From the human T2T-CHM13v2.0 reference genome, Homo sapiens, in the NCBI RefSeq assembly GCF_009914755.1, contig NC_060938.1: 64,000 nt of DNA; one strand, 5' to 3'. Under the pieces are notes generated by a model, which did no database searches, had not been told where the DNA came from, and worked only from the letters and a program-made list of their open reading frames with translations. The translations under genes and the position numbers were made by a program. Below, piece after piece: positions 16,981 to 32,866 of the stretch (the stretch's first letter is position 1; the number at the start of each line of letters is the position of its first letter).

Positions 16981-17570
16981 GCTGGGTGCCGTGGCTCGTG
17001 CCTGTAATCCCAGTGCTTTGGGAGGCTGAGGTGGGAGGATCACTTGAGACCAGGAGTTTGAGACCAATTTGGGCAACACAGTGAGACCCCATCTCTAAAA
17101 AAATTTTAAAAATTAGGCAGGCATGGTGGTGCATACCTGTAATCTCAGATACTTGGGAGGTTGAGGTGGTAGGATTGCTTGAGCTCAGGAGTTTGAGGCT
17201 GCAGTAAGCTATGATCACGGCCACTGCACACCAGCCTGGTAGCCTGGGTGAAAGGGGGAGACCCTGTCTCTTAAAAAAAAGGGCTGGCCTGTAATCCCAG
17301 CACTTTTGAAGGCCAAAGCAGGCAGATCATTTGAGCCCAGGAGTTCAGGACGAGCCTGGGCAACATGGCAAAACCCTGTCTCTACCAAAAAATTAAAAAA
17401 TAAAAAATAGCTGGGTGTAGTGGCACATGCCTGTAGTCCCAACTACTCAGGAGTCTGAGGTAGGAGGATCAGTTGAGCCCGGGAAGTCGAGGCTGCAGTG
17501 AGCCATGTTGGCACCACTGCACTCCAGCCTGGGCAACAGATTAAGACCCTGTCTCAAAAAAAAAAAAAAA
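16981..17570 (+). mobile_element. Two tandem sense AluJ-like elements
   Basis: Dimers at ~16981-17280 and ~17281-17570. Confidence 0.88.
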
Positions 17571-17679
17571 GTGAAAAATAGATAAAACAGGTCTTCATTG
17601 TTACCTGTGAGAAATGGCCCTGATTCTATTACTCTTATATGCCAGTTTGTTTATAGATTTCTGTGTGTTTGATTTGAAC

Positions 17680-17970
17680 TTTTTTTTTTTTTTTTTTTTT
17701 TGAGACAGACTCTCACTCTGTTGCCCAGGTTGGAGTGCAGTGGTGTGATCTCAGTTCACTGCAACCTCTGCCTCCCGGGTTCAAGCAGTTCTCTGTCGCA
17801 GCGTCCCAGGTAGCTGGGATTACAGGCGCCCACCACCACGCCCAGCTAATTTTTGTACTTTTAGTAGAGACAGGGTTTCACCATCTTGGCCAGACTGGTC
17901 TTGAACTCCTAACCTCAGGATCCACCCGCCTCGGCCTCCCAAAGTGCTGGGAGCCACCGCGCCCAGCCTG
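17680..17970 (-). mobile_element. AluS-like
   Basis: Poly-T then antisense dimer. Confidence 0.9.
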
Positions 17971-18924
17971 GTTTGAACATTATTAAGCTGTTGAATATAA
18001 ACTTGAAAATAATTTTCTATGATACAGCTTTCAGGTAGAAAAATGAATTTTCGTTGTGTTTAACAATGTTGTGTTTAACAGCTTATACAAATAACACAGT
18101 ATAAATGGTAATTGCCACTGTCATTTTAAAAATCAGAAAATAGTAAATAAAAGGATGTGGAAGAGTCTCATGTGATACAGTGGAGATTTCATACCGAATA
18201 AAAGCATTATAAATATGGTTAAATTGAACATAAGCATAAATTTAACGGAACTCATTAGAAAAAAATAAGCCTTTTTTCTCAGGTTTGTTTCATTACTGTA
18301 TGGTGAGACAACTGATTCACCACGATTTAGTCTAGAGCTACTTTTCTATTCTGAATAGTTTTTGGTAAAACTATTGGCTGAATTATTAGGCTGTTATAGT
18401 AATCTGCCTCCGTCAAGTGTATTTTCTTGGGTTAAGGAAAAAAAAATTTTTTTTTAACTATTCACGGAAGCTGGATGTTCTTCCTTGTCATTTGAATCAA
18501 GGCCGTCTAACAGGAATTGAATAATTCAGGGACTAGCATTTAACCCATATCAGGTCTAGGCAAGAAACGACATACATTAGGAAGCCTTAGGATATCATTA
18601 AACTGCCTAGGGTAGTCAAAATTATTGAGTAGACACCAGACCTCAGTGGATTACTTAAGTAAATGGGGTCAGATGTTATCATGAAGAAAATTAACAGGAA
18701 GAAAATGAGAGTACAGAAGAAATGTTTTGAAAATAGAGTGAAATACAACTTTGAAGACCATGGCTGAGAAGTGCTAGGAATAGTGGCAGCACATCAACCA
18801 GAAATGGTGTTGAGCTGTAAGAAACAGACGTCAGGCTTCATATTGCCCTTGTGTCCAGGGGACAAGGATGAAAAAGCTTTTTGATTAAGAGCAGTAGACC
18901 AAATCAAAGCTAATTATGTCATTT

Positions 18925-19121
18925 TGGCCAGGCGCAGTGGCTCATGCCTGTAATGCCAGCACTTTGGAAGGCCAAGGCGCTCAGATCACATGAGCCCAGG
19001 AGTTCAAGACCAGCCTGGGGAACATGGCAAAACCCTGCCTCTACCAAAAAATACAAAAAAATTAGCCAGTATAGTGGCACATGCCTGCAGTCCCAGCTAC
19101 TTGGGAGGCTGAGGTGGGAGG
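18925..19121 (+). mobile_element. 3'-truncated Alu followed by (TA)n/(TG)n
   Basis: Alu stops at GAGGTGGGAGG and runs into a TA microsatellite. Confidence 0.85.
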
Positions 19122-20233
19122 TTTTATATATATATATAAAAAACACATATATATATATATATGTGTGTGTGTGTCATCATTTTAAGTCTCACTGTGCAAA
19201 GCTATGAGTCCTCAATACTTTGGACTACTTAGTGTAATATATTAGTTGTTAGAATAGCATATATATATATATATATATATACATACACATACATACACAT
19301 ACAAACATAGTGCAAAAAGATGTTTCAGGGAAAACATCAGTTTACAACATAATGTCTTTCATGACTCAAGTAAAAGCTCACAAGTAATTTCTTCTGAAAC
19401 CCAGATCACTGAATTACAGGTTTGCCTATAGATGTACCAGGTCAAAGGCTGTGCCAGAGAGAATGAAATACTAATTATTTTCAGGCTGATAGGTTCAGTT
19501 CCTGCAAAGCCTGTAGGTCTTGCTCTACCCTTTGACTGCCTTAATCAGCTGCCGAGCTTCATGCCATTGTTTACAAGGGGAATTGGGTGAATAAATGTAG
19601 ACAGATTACAGTAAATCCACGTTGCCTGCAAAAGTGACTAAGGTGTATCCTTTACTGATAAAGTAAGGATGAAATGTGGAAACATATAATTAAATTATAA
19701 ATTACCAAGCTTTTGTGATAATTCATATGCTTTTAAATATTTTGAACCTAAGTGTTACCCTCAAAATGTTTTAAAATATAAAAATCAAGAAATAGAGCAA
19801 GCAGGAAATGGGATTTTAAACATTTTGATTTCAAGAAATAGAACTATCTTAAATATGATGCTGAAACAATCTGAGAGGCAGGAGATAGGACTCAGGCAAC
19901 AGAGATCCGAGGAAATATATATGGGCATTTTGTGGTTCATTTTTCTTGTGTGGCATGTGGTACAACTGAAGCATAAATCTTTTTGATATCATCTAGTTTT
20001 GCCAGAGGTATGGGACAGTTCATATTCTGTCCATAAGTTCGGCTACTTACATAAACTGAAATACAAGTGCAACTCCAAACAGGTTTTTTCTTTTCTGGAC
20101 ACCATCATCAAGCATGGAAGACTGGATCTGGAATTTCCCTTCATATCTTGCCAGTTGGCCTCCCAGTTTCTTGCTTATGTTTTCTCCTGGTGTGTTTTCA
20201 ACATTGTAATTGTTTTCAATCAACTGTATAAGT

Positions 20234-20239
20234 TTTATT
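20234..20239 (-). terminator. CDKL1: CDKL1 proximal polyadenylation signal
   Basis: TTTATT on plus = AATAAA on minus, about 50 nt after the stop. Confidence 0.55.
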
Positions 20240-20291
20240 TTCTTCAAAGCATCTATTGATTCCTTTTTTAAAATCATGTCTCCTAGCTCCT

Positions 20292-20399
20292 TTAAATGTT
20301 TGGAAAACGGTAGTTAAGTTTCTTGGTATCACAGTAGTACTTCTTATTATCCAAAGCTGGAAGGATGCTGCTGCCAGTTAGCTGGGGTAGGTACTGCAA
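20292..20399 (-). CDS. CDKL1: CDKL1 last coding exon (LQYLPQLTGSSILPALDNKKYYCDTKKLNYRFPNI*)
   Basis: Acceptor TTTTAG at 20400; 108 nt to TAA; recognised CDKL1 C-terminus. Confidence 0.96.
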   Translation of the reverse strand: MQYLPQLTGSSILPALDNKKYYCDTKKLNYRFPNI

Positions 20400-21170
20400 C
20401 TAAAAATGCAAAACACAGAATTAGGTTCAAAACTGTGCCATGCATTTTTTTCATTATTTAGAATATATCACAAAAGAGGTAATTAAGCTTTTTAGTATAG
20501 AAGTACTTTTTTTGCACACAATCCAGGACTTGAGAGAGGATTAAATGTTTCAATTTCGTCTTGGCTTTTCCTTTTAAATGTTTATATTAAAAAGGAAAAA
20601 CATTCACATTAAAGAAGATTTAGAGAATATGAAAAGGGGAAAATCTACATGTTAACATTATTGGGAAGAAAACATAGATTTACAGGAGTTGAGAGCTTGC
20701 TGAGATCTTAGGGATCATTTAAGCCAATGCCTTGTCTTATAGCGGAGAAAACTGATAAACAGAGCACCTAGGCAATTTGCCTACTCACTCTCTTCCCTTA
20801 GTTAAAAAGGCAAATCAAGCATGGCACAGTGTACACTTGTAGTTCCAGCTACAAGGGAGGCTGAGTGGGAGCATCCCTTGAGCCCAGGAGAGCAGCCTGG
20901 GCAACATAGCAAGATCCCCATCTCTAAAGAAAAAAGACAAACTGCTTCCTTCAAGCTTCCTGAAAATGTTTGAATTTATTGTCAATGTCAAATGAAAGAA
21001 CACACCTGTATTTTTTGTATTGCACTGTATGTCCTTCGGTATCCCTAAAAAGGGAACTGTTTAGTACTTTTACTTTCTAGAAAAAAATTTTTCAGCCATT
21101 GTCCTCAGAAAAGTGCTTTTTAGTACTTTTAAATCAGTTGATTCTTTCAGGATTTAAAAGCAGTACACCA

Positions 21171-21459
<289 letters not shown>

Positions 21460-22470
21460 CAATACACCAAATAGTGGAGTTTCCCTATTTTTTCAAATAG
21501 AAATATTTCCATCAAAACCTTTTGCTCTCGAATACAGACTAATACTGAGATAAGGAATAATTCTGGCGTGGGGGTGGAGGAGTCTGTTTCTGGCCTGTTG
21601 TGCTACCTGGGTCACATATGATGGAGAATAAAACATTAATTTTGTAACTGTGATCTACATTAGGGCCCTGGAGTTCATGCTGTACTTGTTCCTCATGGAC
21701 CTTTTTCACCCTTTTCCCTCCTCCCAGCCTCATACACAACACACCCTGGTACCATTCAGCATGCTGGGCAGTGGAAGCTGCAAAGAGAAAGACTAAGGCA
21801 AGATAATGTATAGCTTAAGGAGTACCTAGGTAGATCCTGAGGTTACCCAGGATCAGTTGTGGTTCCAACTACAGTTCATTCTAAATTATTACAGCTTTTG
21901 GCTTATCACAAGATGCTTAATGTAAGGCCATTTTATACCAATCAGGATTCTTCACAGTCTCCCAGTGTGCAGTTTGGATGCTGTTCTCTGGTTAAATGTA
22001 TTCAGCTGATACCATCAAAAGCACTCATCACTGTATTTGCCCTAGCCAACTCTGACAAAGGATCAGGGAGGAAAACAGCTCCTTTTTTGGACAAACCTGG
22101 AGTGTTAGTTTTAATACTAAAAGTGTACATGATGACACAGAACTGCATGGGGAAAATCTGATTTTATTTTCCAAAGCCCAAAAAGTCTCCTTAGCTGGAC
22201 TCATACTCATGTACCTTGTTGAGACCTGTGCTCATGCAGGCTAGAAACCCTGGCCCCTGTGTGGCATCAGGAAGCAGCAGGACAAGGGCACCTTTAGGAT
22301 TCAGGGAGAGGGGGCTTCAGGAGACAGATGTCCCTGGGGCCCTGGTTGATAGATCCTATGACCTGTCTCCTAGTGCTGGAATGAGGATGCTGGAGCTGAA
22401 AGCCACAACTGCCATCCTCAAGTCTAGATTCCAACTCTCTGTACCAGGTGGCAGGTAGGAGATCATTTCA

Positions 22471-22650
<180 letters not shown>

Positions 22651-23344
22651 CTAAAAGAACAGAAAATTCCTTCTTCTTACTTCTTCAAAATTGTATTAAC
22701 TTATTAATGTCATTTTTTTCTTCTTTGAAAGATGAAACTTCAGTTGCAATAAGAAGGGGGAAAAGGCAGGAAAACACACCAGTCATGATTTTAGTTCCTT
22801 CCAGTCATTCCTAAATGGCACTCACATATTAAATAAACAGTTTCTAGAAGTAGTAATGAAAAATCATTTTCTCCACCTTATTCTGTTCTTGAAGCAATTG
22901 GTACTCTGCCCTGGGAGAGTAAGATATAATTTTAGAGTTTACCTCAGTGGCCAAATGGGGTAATCCATTTAGCCAGTTTGGTCCCTTGCATGTACTTTGT
23001 AAAAACTAGTGTTTTTATTTTAAAAATGATATTTACACATGATAACAAATACAGTTAATACAGCATACAGCAAAGTCTCCACCACTGTAGGTGTTCCCTT
23101 CACCCTTCTAAAATCAGCTACTTTTTTTTTTTTTTTTTTGCTGTATCCCTCCAGAAATAGTTGATGCATTATAAGTATATATGATCATGTATATAAGGAG
23201 AGGCATAATGTACATGCCTTTATATTACATCATTCTTAACTATTTTTGTTGCAACTAAGTAGGCCATGGAGCTCATTCTTGGATAGATTAGATTAAATTT
23301 CACAACTACATACTCCAAGGAATTGACTCAGTTTTTGTTGGTTA

Positions 23345-23966
23345 TGTCAGAGGTGTTGAAACCACAGCAACACCATCTTGAATAGGGGCTGGGTAAAATA
23401 AGGCTGAGACCTACTGGGCTGCATTCCCAGGAGGTTTGGCATTGTTACTCACAGGATGAGATAGCAGGTCGGCACAAAATATAGGTCACAATGACCTGAT
23501 GATAAAACAGGATGCAGTAAAGAAGCCGGCCAAAACCAAGATGGTGATGAAAGTGATGTCTGGTTGTCCTCACTCCTCGTTGTACACTAATTATAATGTG
23601 TTAGCATGCTAAAAGACACTTTCACCAGCACCATGACAGTCTACAAATACCCATAGCAATGCCCAGAAGTTACCCTAAATAGTCTAAAAAGGGGAGGAAC
23701 CCTCAGTTCCAGAAAATCCCTGCCCTCTCCTGGAAAACTCATAAATAATCCACCCCTTGTTTAGCATATAATCAAGAAATAACTGTAAGTATACTCAGTT
23801 GAGCAGCCCACAGCACTGCTGCCTATAGAGTAGCCATTCTTTTATTCCTTTACTTTGTTAATAAATTTGCTTCCACTTTACTGTGTGGACACGCCCTGAA
23901 TTCTTTCTTGCATGAGGTCCAAGAACCTTCCTTTGGGGTCCGGATTGGGACCCCTTTCAGGTAACA
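23345..23966 (+). mobile_element. MER41B-like ERV1 solo LTR
   Basis: TGTCAGAGG...CATCTTGAATAGGGGCTGGGTAAAATAAGGCTGAGACC...GGTAACA; perfect 4-bp TSD GTTA (23341-23344 / 23967-23970); 622 bp. Confidence 0.88.
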
Positions 23967-24358
23967 GTTACATTATCATTTATATTAACTCATTATTTAA
24001 TACGTCAGTAAATAAATAATTTTTAAACCATGTGGGACATTGACTGTAACTTGCAAACATTTTAGTTGATACCATACCTCATTTTACATAAGAGCTATAT
24101 TTCTAAATATATATATATAAAAATATATATATCAAGTTTTTAAATGTACTTCAAATGTACCAGGGAGTTAGCTATTTAAAAGGATCCTGCAGCTAAGGAT
24201 TTTCTGAAGAAAAAGTTCCCTTTGTAAAACAATCACCACCCCCCTGAAATTTCTGTTTTGTGTAAATTTAGACTTCAAATATAATGTTAGGTTTATTTAA
24301 AGTGGAAAATACTTGCAAATGTTTTCTTAATAGGTTGTGATCCATTTAAAAAAATTGA

Positions 24359-24667
<309 letters not shown>

Positions 24668-24784
24668 GGAGAAGAATTCTAAAAGGAACACTTTTCATTG
24701 CATGGATTGACATAAGTAATTCAGATTCCCCAGTGATGACAACTGCTGTGTGCTTCCTGGTCTGTTGGAAGCCATGATTTTTAC

Positions 24785-24841
24785 CTTTAGGAGCCCCAGG
24801 GCAGGATAAGAGATGTTTGGGAATTTTAATTCAAGTGGTTC
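24785..24841 (-). CDS. CDKL1: CDKL1 coding exon ([19 protein letters not shown])
   Basis: Acceptor CAACAG, donor AAG|GTAAAA; 57 nt, phase 0/0. Confidence 0.95.
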
Positions 24842-25238
24842 CTGTTGAAAAGAAAAGAGGTTTTTAATTTACAGCATGTATTCAAATTAAGGTTACCTCA
24901 AATTAAATCTTTTGATAGAAACATTTTCCTGGCACCTTCCTCACGTCCTCCACCCTTTGCCCACCCAACCTCCTGCCCAAAACAGTCTCCCTTTGCCTTT
25001 TTCACAAGCTTTCTCTCCCCACCTCCAAATCGCTTTTCCAAATTTGCTTCGTAACTACTCCCTTAACTTCCTGCTCTGATACCAATGGAGATAGCAAATT
25101 ATAAATAAAAATACTAATGAAAAAAAACTTTTCTGAGCAGTTTTTTTTTTTGAGGGGGTGGGGGGGCTCAAGTTATATAACTTGCCTTTCCTGAGAATAA
25201 TTTTTGGCATTTATAGTGTGATTTATAAAAAGGTAGCT

Positions 25239-25537
25239 GGCTGGGTGCGGTGGCTCATGCCTATAATCCACTCAGGCCAAGTCTGATGGCTTGAGCCCAG
25301 GAATTTGAGACCAGCCTGGGCAACATGATGAAACCCTGTCTCTCTAAAAAAAATACCAAAAAACTAGCTGGGGGTGGTGGTGTGCGCCTCTAGTACTAGC
25401 TACTTGGGAGGCTAAGGCGGGAGGATGGCGTGGGTTTGGGAGATTGAGGCTGCAGTAAGCCATAAATGTGCCACTGCACTCCAGCATGGGCGACAGAGCA
25501 AGACCCTGTCTCAAAAAAAAAAAAAAAAAAAAAAAAA
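25239..25537 (+). mobile_element. AluJ-like
   Basis: Sense dimer; TSD AAAAAGGTAGCT / AAAAAGGCAGCT. Confidence 0.88.
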
Positions 25538-27143
25538 GGCAGCTCTAATTCTAATTATATAAAGGGAGCTGCAAAATAGATGTTTTTCCCCTACCCAGGT
25601 GAACAGATGCTTCTTGATTTTCTGGAATAAACACTGTTGTCTCCTCCCACTAGGGCCTGCTGCTTCCCTTCTCAGCCTGCTGTTTAAACAGTCTCCTGTG
25701 GGGCATTCGTCAATCTCCTTTTGGCCGTATAAGGCGATTTTGCGCCAGTCACGTGCTGGAGACAATCAGGAATAACACTATAAATGGGAGGAATGCCGAA
25801 TGTCAGGCAGACAAACAGGCCAGTTAAAGAGACATACCACTGACAAAGGCTAATTGAGCAGAGAGGCTGAGAAAATAAGAGCCAGCCAAGCTGAGCAAAA
25901 TAAGTGACTGCAGTGCATTGTGTGTATAAAAGTGGCAGTGTGTGAGCTGCCGACTGGAGTGACTGGCCAGGCTCATCTAATCAAACAGTCCTGGTGCTGT
26001 GGCCAGCTTTCACAGTACAGTATTATTTTGGACAGGCAACCAGCTCCCAATAACCAATTCTGGATTGTACACATACTAATCATTGATAAGAGTAGGAGAG
26101 AAGAGCCTCTGTTTCAGAGTTCCCTATGTCAACAGGAGAAAAAAAAAATCCTAAAGTAGGTTTGTATTAGCCCTTGACAGTAGCCCCTGTTGCACCCTCA
26201 TACTTCCACTCATGCTCCATAGCTTCAATATTTCTCTTGTTCTTTCTGTCGGTTGAATCTGAGCATCACTGGGGTTTGACGTGCCATTGCTATATCATCG
26301 AGCTCTGCTGTCTCAGCAACAATGTCTGGATGAGGCCAGCTGGTTGCCTGTGATACGCTGGAGCCCATCTGTGAGCGTTTCACAGCCCCAGAAGCAAGCA
26401 GGCCTCCCTCTGTCAGGGTTACTGACAGGCAGAGGGACTGGGGCACAGATGTTCAACCAGTGCAGCCCCCGCACTGCCTCTTCCTGTGTTTCTGTCAACA
26501 GGAAATCTGCAGGACAATCTCTGGGAAGCCATGGGAAGCTTCTTACATTTATGAAACCTGGGTTATTTCTGAGGCTTCACCAACAGACAAGTGAACAGGA
26601 AATCACTAGGGATATTTAGTGCACAACTGGGAATGTCCAGATCACAAGGAAGCCAGATGGGTCACCTCCCATATGTCAGGTGTCATTCCTGCCCCTCCGT
26701 CCCAGCAAGACCCACTTTGAATGCTAGTGCTACAGGAGGAAGAGGCAGTGGAGAAGCAGAAACCTTCATTGTGGGACAAGCCAAGAGGTTAGGGAACAAA
26801 CAAAACACAAGTGGTAGAGACAGAACTTCCATCTGAAAACTGAAGGGTTTAGTGAGCAACTGGAGGGTTAGTTTCATTTTTAAGATACCTTCCTCAGTAG
26901 AAACTCAAGATTTCACAGACCTTAATTATGCTCTGAAATGTTTTTGATTACAATACAGTCTCATTAGAAGACATTCAAAAATATAAAAAATCATAAAGTT
27001 ACCCCAAAATCCCACCCAAAAGAGATATCCACTCTTAGTATTTTGATATATATCCTTGCAGCCATTTATTTCACAAATGTAAAAAAAAAAAAGCTTTGTG
27101 ATTTCCCAGATGTTGTCACATTATTTTGTATTTATATATGTAA

Positions 27144-28752
<1,609 letters not shown>

Positions 28753-29126
28753 AAGGAAGTTCATTATGATTTTTCCCATGGTCTGGAGACCATGGGCATA
28801 GTAGAGTAGGGAATTTGGACAATGCTGGGGAAAAACTAGTTAACTTTACCTTGATAGGTCTAGGTCTAAAAGTTGGTTGGCTCTAAGCTACCTAGGTTCA
28901 ACTGCTAAGAAATGATAAAGGACAGGTGTGGCTCCAGCAGGCAGGCAGCGCTGCCTTCCTATGCAACAGGCTGGCTAGACTCTGTTATCAGCAGCCTCTA
29001 AATGAGCAGTAAGGCTAAAGTCTCGCTAGCCAATTTGCTCCAATTTTCTTTTTCTCTGTTAGACTGACCTCCAATGCAGGGTGAGCCATGGGGCTCAGGA
29101 GGTGAATAACAACCAAAGCCTAGCTA

Positions 29127-29315
<189 letters not shown>

Positions 29316-29717
29316 TCAATGCTGTGTTTGTCTGTGCCCATATGCATGGACACTGCAGTGTTCTTGGGCAATCAGAAGGAGAGGCATTCAGGCAACCCAC
29401 AGCAACCTGTATTGATCCCTACGGTGGACAGCACACTGTGTTAGGCACAGAGGAGGCAAGCAACAGAAACTGAGGGCTACAAGCTTCTTGCTCTCAGGTT
29501 CTTGTTCTCAGAGCCTACAGTGTACTGAAGGAACCCAAACCAAACAACTCAGAAGCACATGCACACAAATAAAATAATGCCTTTTAAAAAACAGCAAAAC
29601 GGCAACAACCACAAATCAAAATCATATTAACTGAATCCTGATAGGTGAAGATAAAATTTTATTGCCCTAGCACTTATAACAGTGTCTAACATAGAGCAAG
29701 CACTCAATAAATATTTG

Positions 29718-29790
29718 AAGAAGGAAGAGAGGGAGGGAGGGAGAGAGGGAGGGAGGGAGGGGAGGGGAGGGGAAGGGAAGGAAGGAAGAA
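29718..29790 (+). repeat. Homopurine (GGGA/GGAA)n tract
   Basis: About 70 nt containing only G and A. Confidence 0.9.
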
Positions 29791-31155
29791 ATCACGGATT
29801 TTCTAGCTAGAAGGAATACATTTCCACATTGGGACCATCTTTTCTTATTTCACCAGTTAGCAATCACATGGAAATCCCATTTCATCTACTGTTTAGAAGC
29901 ACTTACAATGTGACATAATGAAACAAGAAGAGTATTTCTATATTTTAGGGGACTCTAGGAAGCTCCTCCTGCCCACATTTCCATCACATCAGCTAAAATC
30001 CCCTTTATGTAAAATTCTATATTACACTTGAAGAGGGATTTTGTTCAGAGAATATAGGGAGATACTCAAAGGTGTTCTCCTGGGGCACAACCAGGCCCAT
30101 TTCCCAGAGCACTGTGGGAGTTCCTACTCCAGGGTATCAAATTATTACTGATGCATCCTAGAAATTTACCTCTCACCCAAATGCAAAAACTGCTGCCTCG
30201 CCTCATTTTGGGTGAGCAACCAAAATATACCCTCAATGCCTTGTCCCAGATCTCAGTGAGCAGCATCATGAGCACAATTCCTTGCACCTTAATAACCTTC
30301 TTCCTCCAGTGCCAGAGGGGTGACATGGGGAGGCTGTCCTAAAATCACTAGAGGAAACACAGCCAAGAAAGGCTGAGTGCCCCTGGAAGGCCTACAAAGC
30401 GCCTTCCATGTCACCCAACAAAGTCAAGCTATCAGCAAACATTTATTGCCTACAATGTGCAGACACTGGTGGAGGGTAAGTAGAAATATAAGACGTGGTC
30501 TCACCATCAGGAAGTTTACAGTATCTTTGGGAAGATAAGATTACAAGGGAAGGCATGGCGATGGCAGTTCCTACAAGAGTTTAGAGGAGGAAAAGTTTAC
30601 CTTAAACTGCGATACTCAGGCGAGTAGTGTCTAAACTCCCTGACTTTGGAAGAGGGCAATCACTACTGATGGGTTTTTTTTTCTCATCTTCCCTCCCTTC
30701 TCCCCTGCCCTTCCCCTCCGCCTCCAAGGGTAGAGAGAAAGGAAAGGGCACTGGGGTGGGAAAGCAAGACGGACTGAGTGACATTACAACTAGCTTTCCT
30801 CCTGACACTTAGAAGGTTGGGAATCATTCTCCATAGAGTCTGAATAATCCAAACTAGTCAGGCAGGCTGGGATTAAGGACATCCAAATGAATTACCCCAT
30901 CGTCATAAACAAGGTAAACCATGAAAGCATTCTGTAAACTGCTAAGCCCTTACAGAAATGTGAGTTTTTATTGTTGTTATTGTCATTATTAATGTTTTAA
31001 CTTGATCCAAACTGCTCAAGAATCTTGGGTTGTTTTTGGACAATGAGTAAGTACTCAATAATTGTTAACTATTTTAATTAAAACAAATATGGCCACCTTT
31101 AATGGAGTCATTTAAATGAGGCTTCGAGTTTTCCTCTTTCCTAACTAATGCCTTA

Positions 31156-32065
<910 letters not shown>

Positions 32066-32344
32066 CTAAAGTAGCACTTCTGAAAAGTATTTTAGCAAGA
32101 AATGGTAGAAATCAGGGAGGTAAGATACTTTTTAATAACTACTTTACTGTGGTATAATTTATGGATAGCATACATAGGTAAACCATTGTATTATCTACAC
32201 ATTTTCGGTAATTACAAAATTATAATTTATAGCACACTTATGCCCTAAATATACAAGTACTATCTTGTATACTTCTAGAGCATTTAGATCCTTTGTTGTA
32301 TCAATAACTTTTTCATTTTTTATACTTAACAAAAGAAAATGTCA

Positions 32345-32443
<99 letters not shown>

Positions 32444-32678
32444 CTAGTGTAACAAATCAAAACAAAAACAATATTAAGGCTGAACTATATATGGGATAAA
32501 TGAAACACATGACTATTTAGCAAATATTGGATAAATCATTTAAATCTCTCCTTGGCCTGTTGGACAACAGCAAAAGAGCAGCCTAAAATAAATCTAGTAC
32601 CATGCCTGTCAGAGCCTGAATCATCCCAAATTCCTAAAAGGCCCAAAAGAGCCAAGAAGAGTGAAAGGAAAATGAAAG

Positions 32679-32866
32679 TAGGGTAGCCGGTCTTAGCAGA
32701 GAAAAATACAGGACACCCAGTTAAATTTGAATTTCAGATAAACAAATAATTTTTTTAGGATAATACATCCCATGAAGCACTTGGGATGTACTTATACTAA
32801 AAGTTATGCTTGTTTATCTGAAATTCAAATTTAACAGGGTGTCCTGTATTTAATCTGACAGTTTTA
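32679..32866. mobile_element. MER53 palindromic hAT MITE
   Basis: 41-bp inverted arms at 32705-32745 / 32810-32850 (1 mismatch) with the MER53 signature AATACAGGACACCCAGTTAAATTTGAATTTCAGATAAACAA. Confidence 0.88.
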
